From assembly GCF_006345805.1 (NCBI RefSeq), contig NC_043014.1:23808001-23872000 (forward strand): 64,000 nt of DNA. The letters are read 5' to 3'. The notes under the pieces are model-generated. The model saw only the letters and a program-made list of their open reading frames with translations. It had not been told where the DNA came from and searched no databases. The position numbers and the translations under genes were made by a program. Source of the stretch: Octopus sinensis. Lineage: Eukaryota. Of this stretch, positions 51,379 to 64,000 are shown piece by piece (position 1 is the first letter of the stretch; each line of letters opens with the position of its first letter).

Positions 51379-53367
51379 TGTTTTTTATATCTTTCTATAT
51401 GTTGGATATACAGATTTCATGAAGCTAGGATAGGTACAGCTGTCTTCACACAATGTACTCCAACTTATTCCACTAAACACGCTACTTCAATAAATACAAA
51501 CTCTCAATGATCTGAAGGACTTCCTATAACTTCCATGAACTCTCAATGACTCCTACCAATTCTTGTCTCAACCAATACACAACACTTTATAAGAATTCAG
51601 CTAGTCCGTTCTTCTAATCCCATAGGGGTGTCAATGATTCTTACCACATCTTCTCCTTTGAGATTTACTTCCTGGGGAAATTTGATATTTCCTCTGTTTA
51701 GGTAGTGTTTCCAACTGTTCTGTTTGTTTCCTCTTTTTTGTATTGTTATGCCTAAGTTCAACTTCTTGTGGCGTTGGAACATCAAAGGTGTCATAGAACA
51801 CTTCCAAGTGTATCTCTCTTCTTTTTTCCCTATATTTATTTCTTTGCTGGTTTAAATGTCTTTTGTATTTCCAATTTTTGCCTCTTATCATATACGTAAT
51901 TTTGCTTATTTGTTTTGTTACTACTCCGTCTTCCCAACTTTCTCTTCTTTTTTTTTTTTTTATATATTTTGAAAAAACACCTTGTCAACTGTTATAAAAT
52001 ATTTTGTCATATTTTTAGTGTTTTCCCTATTTTTTTTCCTTACTGGTAACAGCTTGTGAAAAATTTCAAGCAAGCATTAGTTCCACAGGCGACTTGCCTG
52101 AACAAGTGTTTGGGTTTGGTGTTATCCTATAAACCCTCCAGAATTGTGTCAATGCTGCATCATTGACTAGTTTGTTTCTTGATTTCTTTAATGCTCTTTT
52201 AAATGTATGCATGAACAGTTCTGCTTGCCCATTTGATCTTGGGTGATATGGCAGAGTAGAGATGTGTTCAATTGCATACATTCTGCAAAAAGTTTTAGAC
52301 TCATACGCCATCAACTGCGTACAGTTGTCGGAGACTATGGTGTCCGGGATACCAAGGAGTTCTTGAAGAAATTCTTGAAACATCCTGCCATGTTACCATA
52401 GAGGTTGATTTCCTACATCCACATATTTCTAGCCACTTCGTATAACTATCTACTACAATCAGGTAATACGTGCCATTTACTGGTCCAGCAAAATCTATAT
52501 GAAGCTTAGTCCGTGGATTGTCGGTTTTCGGCCACAGTTGGCGTTTTACCAGTAATGACTTGGCTTCAAGGGCACAACCTCTGCAAGATTTCACCGATTC
52601 TTCAATGTCATGGTTCATTGTAGGCCAATATATGTAACTTCTCATTAATGATTTCCTTCTCGGAATCCCTGGCTGACCAATATGAAATTCCTTTAATAAA
52701 TACTTTTGTAGCACAGCTGGTACTAAGACCCTGCCTACATTAACACATTGTCATATAGAAATGGTTCACATTTATGTTGTGCGTATTTTTATTTGCTTTA
52801 GCCTTCAGTTTTTCTTTCATTTTTATCATGAATTTGTTCTCCAATTTTGATTTTACTAGCAGTATGACCAGGCTTTGCCTGGGATTAAGTTAGGATTATT
52901 AAGCTAATCAAGTTCTTTATTTCAAACCAAACTAAGTAACATCGACGTCAGATGTGGGCGAAATCCGTTGAAATTGGTTTATATATATATTATATAAAAT
53001 CCGTTCTGTCTTTGTGTGTCTTCTAGGATCTCGGGCATCGTCATCGTCCATCTGATTGCGCTCAAATTTGATATGTAGATACTGACAGTATCAGGGCCTG
53101 TATAATCCTTGAAAAAATTACAAAAATCGATTCCAGGTGAGAATGCGATCGATAAAGCCAAGGGAATGTGCATTTGTATGTGCAAGTACATCAGCTGTTG
53201 TGATCGATACTACGCGCACATGAAAAAAATGCACGGTGTCTCAAATTTAGGTTAAATCAGTGCTTCTCAAAGGCACCTATGGGACGGTCGGACAAGTTGT
53301 TTTGAGAAAATTTGGTTTGACAACTCAGCACCATCCATTGAACTTGGGTGGGGGGGGCGTTTTGCTC

Positions 53368-53419
<52 letters not shown>

Positions 53420-56400
53420 GCAACACACACACACACGTACATGTTTTTTGTATGCATACATGTCCGTGTGTGTTACCCATATATAAACAAAACACTTTTT
53501 TTCCTCGATGGAAAAAAAAAAAATAGAAGTCTTAACAAAAATTTTTTGTCGCTAGAAGGGGACTTAACTCCTGTTTGCAAACAATGATTTCTCCAACTTG
53601 AAAATTGTTAAAAGTTTTGGTTGAAAATTTATTTTTACTGCTATTCGCTAGTGCCTCTGGTAAAAATAAGTTGACGAAAATGTCCTAAAATTAGAGTGAT
53701 ATGCGTGCTAATTTGTGGATGTGCATAAATTACATTCACGTACACATACATCCTTCCTTTTATATATACAGATGTTTGGTAATGTTTGGCAGTTCACAAG
53801 TGATGTTACACAAAACATTTTTAATTTCATTTTCTGCTTGCAAAGCAACAATCACAGTATCTTTGAATGGTTCTGCATTTTTCAAATCAATCTTGATAAG
53901 CAGTCAGCATGGTCTAATTTCTTCGATGGTATATACTTTCATCTTGGAATTGTAGTGTAATAATATCATAGCCCAGTGTTGTAATTTATTAGTAGTATAA
54001 GTAGGAATTCCATACTCAGAAGTGTCTGAAGCTACAACAATCCACTGCAGGATTGAAGTGAACTAACAACAAATCATATTAATGTTTTTTTTTAATTTTG
54101 TCAAACCCCTTTTAGTAATTTTCTGACCAATTGCATTTCATATCTTTTTTCAGCATATTATTCAGTAGAGCCCTAACCTTGTGCATATTTGGGATATAAT
54201 TTTGGTAATAATTTGCCAGTCCTAAAATGCTTGTAAGGTTGCTATATTAGTAAAAGGAGACATTTTTAATTGCATCTACCCTTGACAGGTCAGATCGTCA
54301 TCCATTTCTGTCAATGACTTGTCCTAGATATCTTATTTCTGGTAAGAAAATTCACTTTTCTTCAATCAAGGTAATCCTGAATTTTTTCAAATACATATTT
54401 TACATGTCCAGCAGGTTGATCCCTGGATTCGCTTTTAATGAGTATATCATCCCGATATGGAATTGTGAATTCAGTCCGCTAACATTGCATCCATAATCAT
54501 TTGAAAAATTGCATGTGCGATTTTTAAACCAAATGGTAACCTGTTGTACTTTCACAGTCCTGTATATGTGTTAACCGTTAAGTATTTTGAGCATTCATTG
54601 TCTATTCTAATTTGTAGGTACGCATCAGAGAGATTCATTTTCGCAAAAATATTCTCTGGAGTAGGTAGCAGACAATGGCATGTTTTAAGACATTCATTTA
54701 AACCAGTGGATTTTATTATTCATTTTCTTAATATACACAGTTGATGCTGCCCATTTAGAATATTCCACTTTTTGGATAACTCCAATTTTTTCTTGTCTCT
54801 CTCTAGTTCTTCATTGACTTGCTTCATCACTATGGAAGGTAGCATTTGTTTTGGTTTAAATACTGGTGTGATGTTTTCTTTTATTTAAAAACATGCCTTT
54901 GTCTTGATACACAGACCTAGTTTATTTGACAGAACTTCAGGAAAAATATTTTTATTTTCACTTTGATTTGTTTTTACAGAACAGATTTATGGGGTGGTCC
55001 CATAAATTAAACAATTCCATTCAGTCTGTACCAAACAAGTTTGTTGCATTATTTAACACAAAAATTGTAGCTATCAAGGTTTTACCCCAAAATGTAACCT
55101 CAGTAATTATATCGCCCAAAAAATGTAATTTTCTTCCTGAGACACCTTTCACAATTTTTAAAGTTTCCATTAATGTAGGCTTTCTTATTTTTTTTCTATG
55201 TGTCCATGTTAATAATAGTAATATCACTGCCTGTATCTAGCTGTAACTTCAAGTTCACATTAATTTTTATGTACATAAACTTTCTTTTGTGAGCCTCGCC
55301 TAGACTTTCTGTTGAGAAAACCTTTCCAGAATTTTTTTTGTTCAACCTTCTTTTTACTCTGCAATGTGAGCTTTTATGTCCATTTTTTTTGACAGTTAGA
55401 ACATTTTAGATTTTTAAAGTCATTTTTAAAATGTAAACCTCCACATCTAATAGCATGGATTGTGTCTTGATCTTCATTTTCCTACACGTCGACATGCATT
55501 TATGTGAGAGTAATCCTTTTCTTTGATTTTATTTGCATCATGTCATAGATTAGTAATTCTCTGACATTCCTCTGCCACTGCTTGCAGAATCAAATTCTGG
55601 TCCTGTTCTAATTTTGTCAATATCTGGGCATGTATCTCTGCTTCTTTGCTTGCAGTTAACCCTTGAACAAAAATTCCGAGGTTAATTCTTTTAGGTTGAA
55701 TTTTTCGCATTCTTGATTGACGACTCTGACAAATGCTCTGACAAAATCTTCATCTTTTTTTACTAAATTCAAACACTCCCAATAAGTATTGAACAGGTAA
55801 CTTCTCTCACTGAAAATTTTCGAAAACAATTTGTTTCATTAAAACAAATTTCACCAGATATCTTTTTTTTTTTTTTTTTTTTTTTTGGCAGAATGTATTT
55901 TTTATCGTGTTCGGCAGGGGATAATTTTCTTAAAAGTAGTTGTACTTTTTCATTGTCTGTCTAAGTTTTGCATTCCTCTTTGAAGATTTCTTCATATCTT
56001 TGGAAATATGTAGAAAAAGTAATACCTTCTTCTGGGTTATAACTAAATTCTGCAGTTGTGTTTGCTACACCATATGGCGAGAACGAATCTGAGGTATTTT
56101 TGGACTTCAACATTAATTCCAGCAACTGTTGGTATTGTTGTAGCAATTGCTGCTGTAACTGTTGTTACTGTTGCAACTGCACCAAGGAGACTAATAAGTC
56201 TTCCATGTTAACTAATTTTACTTTGATTTTGTATCAAAAGAAAATGTTAGCATCCAATGTAAGCTTTGAATAAATCCATTGCCAATTTTATATCCTTCTA
56301 TACATTGCATATACAGATTTCACGAAGCGGGGATAGACACAACTGTCTTCACATGATGTACTACAAATTACTCCACTCAACACGTTTCTCCAATAAATAC

Positions 56401-56513
56401 AAACGCTTGACGACTCCTACTGCTTTTCATCTCAACCAGTACGCTACTCTTTATAAGAGTTCAGCTTGTCCATTCTTCCAATCCTACAGGTGTCAATGAC
56501 TCTCACCCCAACA
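51379..56513 (-). mobile_element. Decayed full-length Ty3/Gypsy LTR retrotransposon (LTRs about 51379-51648 and 56285-56513)
   Basis: gag FSYNPEEGITFSTYFQRYEE; protease ..NLFGTD; RT YRDDILI near 54440; integrase H..C..C, LHIDFAGP, IVSDN, YHPRSNGQAE; PPT AAAGGAGAAGA; TGG PBS; TSD not recoverable. Confidence 0.9.
52975..53370 (+). mobile_element. Probable non-autonomous Helitron/Helentron-like insertion inside the Gypsy element
   Basis: tatataaaatccgttctgtctttgtgtgtc start typical of such elements; interrupts pol; ends not resolved. Confidence 0.35.
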
Positions 56514-56599
56514 GTGTTATTAGTATTGCTCATGAATTAAAAAAAATACTGTCTTCTTTACGTCCATTAGTCACACTTGTTATTCCAGGAGTGCCAGTA

Positions 56600-57130
56600 A
56601 TGTTCTTTGTTGGAAACATCTTGGTACCACTTGATGTTCTCTGGTTCCCAGGGCTCTGCTATCAAAGCTGTTGATCCTCTTTGCCAAGGTCTTCAGGAGG
56701 GTCCATATTTTCTCCATAGAGGAGGATGGGGAGGACCGATGGGTTTCCAACAAAGAACTGCATGCACATATGTATCAGCCTGCAGCCTCCAATCTTGTAG
56801 CTGTCTGTTGCATGTGCTGGTACAAACATTTCTTCCGCCTCCCGCTAGATCATCCTACCAGGGCTTTACTATCATTGGACGCAGCTTTTGTGGGTTGGAA
56901 GAGGCCTCATGGCAGGCCATGCACCAAATGGCTGGATATGATTGGTGAAGATGTCCAGAAGCTCAACATTACTTGGAGGATGCAGAGGGGCTGGCATGGG
57001 ACTGCCAGCAATGGAGAGCACTGGTAGACTTGGTTGGCTCTATACCTGATGACACCTCTGGAATCACTAACTTGGAATGACCCCAGCCTCGTCAAGCATG
57101 AAGCTAGCCAGCTAAGCAAGCAATATGCTT
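56600..57130 (+). mobile_element. RTE-like LINE 3' fragment (diverged)
   Basis: WKRPHGRPCTKWLDMIGEDVQKL resembles the RTE C-terminal RGRP..W motif. Confidence 0.65.
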
Positions 57131-57399
57131 TGCATAGCTGTTGTGCACAATGGTTTTAGCTATGTTATTCTCTTGTCTTTACTTTAAATCTCATTGACAC
57201 TAACACTTTAAATGATAATGCATTTAATTACAAATTTTACTGCAAATGAGTAATTTCTTTAGAGTATTTGGTTGCATCTGTTGAAAATGTGTACATAAAG
57301 CAAGTGGAATGGAAGAAGAATAGAGTTAGTTTACAGAATTATCATTAAAAATATAATTCCTAATGAGTGGAATTTTAGAGCAAGGCTGGTAAAATTATC

Positions 57400-57450
<51 letters not shown>

Positions 57451-59039
57451 TAAAGATAAAGCTAACATATGAAAAAGTGGACGTTGTCATAGACACTCAC
57501 TACATCAACTAGTTTAGTTGAGTAAAAGGCCTGTTTATCACTGAAACATTTGTACTGGTTGAAAATGAAAACATTTTTGTTTGTTTTTACATACATTTTT
57601 CTATACTTACATGAGTTAGATGAATATATTATTTAGGCAATGTTTTACAGCTAGATACCATTCCTTTGGCTAATACTTGTTTTTCAATTAAGGGATTTTT
57701 TATTTCACACATCTTTGGATGATTTATTGACAAAAATGCTTGTAGCTCAGTTATTTTCAGAGAAGTGCAAATTCACACACACAGTCTTCTTTTAGATTTC
57801 TTCTACCAAATCAACTCACAAAGCTTTAGTTGGTTCAATGTTGTAAAAGCAGACATTTGTTCAAGTGTCATGTAGTAATACTGAACCCAAAACCTTGTAG
57901 TTGTGAAGCAAATTTGTTAACTAAGCAACCATCCTTTGCCTACTAAGAAACTATTCCTTAGAGAAATTGCATCTTCAAAACAAACCTAGGTATCTGATCC
58001 TTTATTGAATCAACAGCAAACACATGCTACAAGTGCAGCCCCATTTAGCTCACTTAATATGAAATGCATGTGTGCATGTATTTCTCTCTGCTGAATAATT
58101 TTTTTTTATAGAGTGGTAACTACATGAGTATTGATTTTTTTTCTTTGAATATTTTGGCCCAAATATTGGATTTGAATGTTCTTGAGATGATCATTGCTGC
58201 TGTTCTGCAATCTTTAACCTGTAATAGAGCAAAATTTAATGGTGACGGGACATACTACCACATCATTGCTGACTTATTGTTTGGTACTTCTGTGTTAACT
58301 TCCAACAGCGAGATCATTATCATGACACTGATACTAATAACTTACTGTGGATTAGTTGTCACCTATTACTGATAGACTTTTAAGTTCTAATCCATGAAGA
58401 TGTTTACAATAGCAAACTGCTCAGGAATGCCTGCTCTTTCTTGCTTCTTTCTTAATTTAATCTCAGCAGAATCGAATTAGGTGGTTCCAGTGCTTTATAT
58501 TTTTTCCTGAAAAGTTGCCAGCATCATGGCAAGGATACAGAATCAAATCTCTTGAACATAGAGCATTTCATACTTTGATTTGTATTTCTGAAACAGGAAA
58601 TGTTTTGCTAGTATTTATTTTATTAACTACAAATATTTCAAGCATTGACATCTGTTTCTCTGTCCTTCCTCTATAGTTCTGTTGCTCTTTTCCTTCCCAA
58701 TCTCCACTTACATCTAAGGTACAGATAAAGCTGCTGTTGCTGCTGATCCAATTAATAATTTCTTCTTTTATTCTTCATTTCAAAAAGCAAATTTGAATGT
58801 TATATAACCTGAGATCACACAGTTTTTAACAAGCTGAATGTCCTCCCTATTATTAATGATTTAGTCATTGCTGGAGTGATCCTTATGAGTTAAGCAAAAT
58901 GAAGCAATTAAAATACCCATATATTCTATGCAGTGTCTTAAGATGGGATTTATACATCAAGAGAAATACAATGAGTGTAAAGTTATTCTCAAGTAGAATG
59001 TTCTAAAATAATAATTCTTTCTAATTTTGGCACAAGGCT

Positions 59040-59228
59040 AGCAATTTTGAGGAGAGATGGCAAGTTGATTACATCGACCCCAGAACTTGATTGATACCCA
59101 TTTTATTCACTCCACCAAAAGGGTGAAAGGCAAAGTTAACTTCAGTGAGATTTGAACTAAGAACATGAAGAGCCAGAGGAAATGCTGTTTAGTGTTTTGT
59201 CTGCACTAATAATTCTGCCCACTCACTA
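59040..59228 (-). mobile_element. tRNA-derived SINE (different family), degraded
   Basis: gattacatcgaccccag..gaaaggcaaagttaac..tttgaact..aattctgcc; head fragments also near 5165 and 39180. Confidence 0.6.
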
Positions 59229-59234
59229 CATTAA

Positions 59235-60300
59235 CCCTTTCGTTACCAAACCGCCCAAAAAAAATTTTGGTTAATGTGACCAAACCGCCCGAATTTACCT
59301 ATTCATATTTAAATGAGAATATCAGAGCAAATCTCTTTAGTACATTCGTGAAAATACGTATTATACTTCGTAAACAGTTCAACTACAGTTTTGTACAAAA
59401 ATCGAAGTGTAATTTTAATTCCGTGAATTTTGGGAGATTTTTTTCCGAAATTTGTTCCTATTGTGTTTTCAAAATTTGTAATTCTGACAAAAAATGGATA
59501 CGAATTTCATTATATCAAGCAGTGAGTCAGAATTCGAAGAATTTTCTACTGAAGACCTTTATAAATCTAACTCTATGAGTGAAAAAAAAAAGCATGTGGT
59601 ATTTGATAATGAATCTGATGTTTCATTTTCCGAAAGTGAAAACAGTGAATTCGAGAGCTCCGACAGCGATAAAGAAAATGAATTGGCACCTGAATGGAGT
59701 GAAAATTTAAAAACTGTTTCTTTCGGTGATTTTTCTGAAGAAACTGGACCAAGCCACAGACTTTCCCAGAAGAGTAAAGCCTTAGACTATTTCTTTTTAC
59801 TTTTTCGAATGAGCCTATTTGAAATCATTACGGTGGAAACGAACCGTTACGCTAAACGTAAACAAAACGAAAGAAAGTATAGTTAGTGGTTTCCCATAAC
59901 CTTAAATGAAATTAAGACTATTTTGCCATAAATATTATTATGGGTATCAGAAAGTTACCCAGAATAACAAATTCTATCGTAAAATTTTGTTGTATACCCA
60001 ATTGAATATTAGCTAATAATCCATTTTCTATAGCGATGTTTGAACAAAATTTTAATAATTTTATATTTTGTTGAATTTACCTGTATCTACCTGCAATTAG
60101 AGTCACTTTGTGACAAAAATTATTGTATAGAATTGGTTGAGAACATTTCATTAAATTATCTTCCAAAATTTACGTTAATATATTGATAAATAAAAAAGTT
60201 ATAGTTGTTTAATGAAACCAGACTAAATTTATGATTATGTTAGAAATTAATTGAAACACATAAGGGGTGTATTTTGGTCAAAAATATAGTAACGAAAGGG
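59235..60300 (+). mobile_element. Non-autonomous piggyBac, copy 2 (1066 bp, uninterrupted)
   Basis: TTAA|CCCTTTCGTTAC..GTAACGAAAGGG|TTAA; ORF 59494-59886 with ALDYFFLLF..IITVETNRYA, then frameshifted WFPITLNEIK..IMGIRKLP. Confidence 0.93.
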
Positions 60301-60636
60301 TTAACCTTATTGCACTGTGTTTCCAGTATAGTGAGAATAGCCAAAATATTATCTCTACAGGATTCCTGTTAAAGCAGTAATGAACAACACACATAGAAAA
60401 AGGAAGATAAAATACTAAAAATAGACAACTAATCACATGGCAGCATTGTAGTCAAGTGTGTTTATGACTCCTTGTTAATGATGTTCCCCATTGCTATAGT
60501 TTAATTTTGCTGTTAATCAGAAAGAAAAAAAAAAAGAAATGGATTTTTGCAATGAAATGAGCACTTTGCCTAGTAAACAAGAAAGGCCTAGGTTCTTTAC
60601 AATTGAGAAAATTATTGGTGATATTTTGTTCTTCAG

Positions 60637-60732
60637 ATACAACGTTTACCCATATGCAGACAATGAAAGTGACCCAGATAATGAAACTGGTCAAATTAAT
60701 GAAGAAAATAGTGATTTGGATGAAAAAATATG
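60637..60732 (+). CDS. LEM-domain protein exon (YNVYPYADNESDPDNETGQINEENSDLDEKI)
   Basis: ttttgttcttcag acceptor, TG|gtagtt donor; 96 nt, phase 2-2, in frame with both neighbours. Confidence 0.65.
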
Positions 60733-61296
60733 GTAGTTGAGAGATAGGTCTGTTAGTTATTCTGAAATTTTTTTTTATTCTATCTATTAGTTTGGCTGCA
60801 ATCATTACACTTAAGCTGTGTATGCAACTTTTTTTCCCCCTCAAGAGCCAAGTTAGAGTGTAAGGTTAGACATAAAGGCCCAGGTCTGACAGTTAATAAT
60901 AATAATCACTTATCAATAAAAATATCCTTGCGTTTAACAAATTTATAAATAAGCAACTTCTATTCAATTACAGTTTTGGTATTCAGGTTTAAACTATTTA
61001 TTTATCGTATGTTTTCACCCACAAATTATTGCCCACAAGCTCATTCATGTTACTGATTTAAAATGATATCTGTTCGATGATATTTACATCAGTTGAAATT
61101 ACTTCAAAGCTATCTAGTTTTGATTAAGTAGTTCATATCATTTAATAGTATCAAAAAAGATAACATAAGAAGGTAAATTGGAATAAGTCTGTATCCCTTG
61201 CAGGGAGAGAGAAGTTTTTTTTTATCTTGATGCTTGGTGCTACAGTATTCTCTACAGCATACAAACTTATCTAGACTTATGAACTTTATTACATAA

Positions 61297-61600
61297 CTAG
61301 CTGGCCCCGTGCCATCAAAAATGATGGCTAATTGCAGTATTTTATGTATAAATAAGGTACAAAATAAGGGACATAATAGTCACACATACAAACATTCACA
61401 TAATTCTTTTGTACACACACACACATATACTTACACGGAGTTGAAATGCTGTTTGATTTCTCTTTTCAGCCTACTTCCATTGCACATACATAGACACACA
61501 CACACAAACATTCACATACCTCCCTTTTACATACATATATTCACAGAGATGAAACACTGACTTTTTTTTCGCTGTAGAATTTATATTATCCCACTATCAG
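61297..61600 (-). mobile_element. Non-autonomous Helitron 3' end
   Basis: Minus strand: hairpin GCCATCA-TTTT-TGATGGC, 10-nt spacer, CTAG followed by T. Confidence 0.6.
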
Positions 61601-62627
61601 TCTGCCATCACCCCTTCCTTCCTTATTCATCTATCACCCCTTTCTCTCATTCATATGTTGTGACAGAAAAAACATAAGTATTATTATAGTAGATTTTTGT
61701 TGATATAATCCACACCAAGCTTTTTTGGACTCTGGATTTTTTATGTAATAAAGGGAAGAATATTTAAAACCATTCTATATACTAAAAACATGTCCCACCA
61801 CCGTTCACTCTTCACTGTTTGCACACAATCACAACATTCTTCACATGTAGCCTAGACAAATTTTGGTAAGCATGAATTTACATTTATGAACAGGGACCTT
61901 GAAACATTCTGCCATGGGAACTTTTTCTTGATACTATAGATTACGACTATAGTAAACATGTTATGGAAATATATTCATGTTATACTCATATGTTCATGAA
62001 CAACACAGAACTAAACTCATCTTCAAAACTCAACAGATACTAGGTTTAGTCATCTATGATGACTTTTTCAGTGTTCATGAAAGATCATGATTGCATCTCA
62101 GAAGCTGGACTTCCTCCTTAGAACCAGAAAAAAGGCCACTTGATTGATAGGCAACTTTTCATTCACTAACACACTGCACAAGCATTGATGTATTATATTT
62201 TCTTTATGTCTCTTTGAATGTTACTGTAATAGTTTCTGCTTTTCTAAATGAGTATGTTGTCTACTACCCATGTTCACTGAATTTACCTGCCTTTCTTCCA
62301 ACTGTATTTCATCCCCTATACCCCTTACTAAACACTTTTGCTTGTTTATTTCTATCCAGAGCTGTATACCTCCAGGGTTCTTTAATTCAAACTGAGCATT
62401 AATCACATTAGCTCAGATTAACTAAAAAAAAAAAATGCTTTCTCTTGACAAAATGGAAAAGGAAACAGATTTTTTTTTCTTGTCGTTATTTAAATTTTCT
62501 ATTCATTTTGTATTTCAAAATTAGTTTTTATTCACTGGAATAAGATTGTAATTTCCCTGTATATGATTTAAGCATTTCACTGAAAATATTTTCATTGTTG
62601 CATTTTGGTTTTGTAATGACTTCACAG

Positions 62628-63488
62628 GTGTCGATCATCAGCATTTAGTACATCTACAATGAAGAATATGAAAGGATATGCTCATGTAAATAAACATTCT
62701 GAAAGAAAGCGTCCCAGAGTTTTGCATAGAAAAATGTCTTCTACTGTGTCAAAGATCAGCAAGGCAAATAATTTGTTAGACTACTCAAATTATCAATATA
62801 GCCAATTAGAAGTTCCATGCGATGCTCATATGACTGACTGTTCTACTGATGTGAATCCTGTATCTGAAGACAGCCAATCCACTGAAGAAAGTTCTGTGTC
62901 CAAATATAGGCAGTCTACTGCTAACGATACCACTTCACAAAACGAGTGGATTTCTAACATGCAAAATAAAAATATAGATTTTGGGAATATCTTAGGGTTA
63001 ACTTTTAAAAGGCCTGACAAAAATTGTTCTGGAAAGGTTTTGCAGGTAGACAAACCTAAAACCAAATTGAGCTGGAATGTTAAATCAAATTCAGATGTTA
63101 AAAATAATTTGAACAATTTAAATAAAGACTATTTCACTGAAGAAAATATTTCGAGCCAAAAACATTTCGACTATTCTGCCTTGCAGCAGCCAGTAACAAC
63201 TATAAAAGGCAGTGATTTCGTTTATGGTATATCACCAATACCAGAAAATGTTTCTGGCAGGTATAGTTTTGCAGTACCTCGGATTGCATGGAAATCACTT
63301 GACAAATCCATGCACACCAACTTGCCTTATCAAACTGTTTCTTCATTAGACAAAAATTGTAATCCTGTTAGGAAAATGTTGCCTCAGTATTATAATCAGA
63401 GTGTAGATGCTGCTGTAATATCAGCTGAAAATACTCGTGAAATAAGGCAACACTCTACCACTAATACAGGTGTTTTGCAGCAAAACAA
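62628..63488 (+). CDS. LEM-domain protein large S/N/K-rich exon (861 nt)
   Basis: ttcacag acceptor in frame with ORF 62659-63492; GTAAGT donor at 63489; phase 2-2. Confidence 0.85.
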
Positions 63489-64000
63489 GTAAGTTTCAAT
63501 TTCTAGTCTCTTTCAAAGAGTTACAACTGACAATTTCTATTCTGTATTGTATAACATGTAACAAATTATTCAAACTCACATTTTTTATATTTATCCTTTC
63601 ATCTTGCAAATATATTAAATATGCATATCTGTGAAGTTTTCTCATTTCCTATAATTTATATACTTGTATCTACAAAATCTTGCAAGTTTTTATTTTTTAG
63701 CTGTATTTAAATGAAAGCCTGGCACTCATTCTATTAAAATCAGTTTCTTTGACTTTTTATGTTCTTTTATGGCTACACTTATTTTATGTCTTTTACTGTT
63801 AGTATCCTTTTGTATGTGGATACAAGCTGTAAAATCTCATGTTATGACACCTTGGTTCCTCCTTAATTCATTAAAAAAGAAAAAGAAAGTAAGAATTCAA
63901 TATTATTATAGGCCAGAAACTTGGAAGGTGGAATTAACAAATGACATTGACTCCAGTATTTGACTTGTACTGTATTTTATTGCTTAGTGGCCAAGATAAT

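Noticed and set aside
51370-56520. TSD of the large Gypsy element
   Set aside because: Flanks do not give a convincing 4-6 bp duplication at the TG/CA ends
58120-58900. Possible Harbinger transposase remnant on the minus strand
   Set aside because: Only vague resemblance, many stops, no TIRs found
1-64000. CRISPR arrays, rRNA, intact tRNA genes, prokaryotic systems
   Set aside because: None seen; tRNA-like boxes belong to SINE heads, and the tRNA-Phe matches are short tracts inside the LTR element

Overview
AT-rich animal genomic DNA; the SINE/RTE repeat families suggest an octopus (inference). One host gene is well supported: a + strand LEM-domain inner-nuclear-membrane/BAF-binding protein with spliced coding exons at 39449-39536, 45399-45473, 48463-48508, 60637-60732 and 62628-63488, continuing past the window. 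The rest is mostly transposon-derived: RTE LINEs of at least two families, tRNA-derived SINEs, a decayed Helitron containing a non-autonomous piggyBac that itself contains a 965-bp mini LTR element, a Naiad-type Penelope-like element with an inverted pLTR, two Ty3/Gypsy remnants (one scrambled), MITEs and microsatellites. Highlights: the mini LTR element has tRNA-Phe-matching tracts at both ends of its internal region instead of a normal PBS and PPT, and two distinct hammerhead-ribozyme motifs are present (11021-11120; 26792-26872/30601-30677). All alignments were done by eye; no database search was run.
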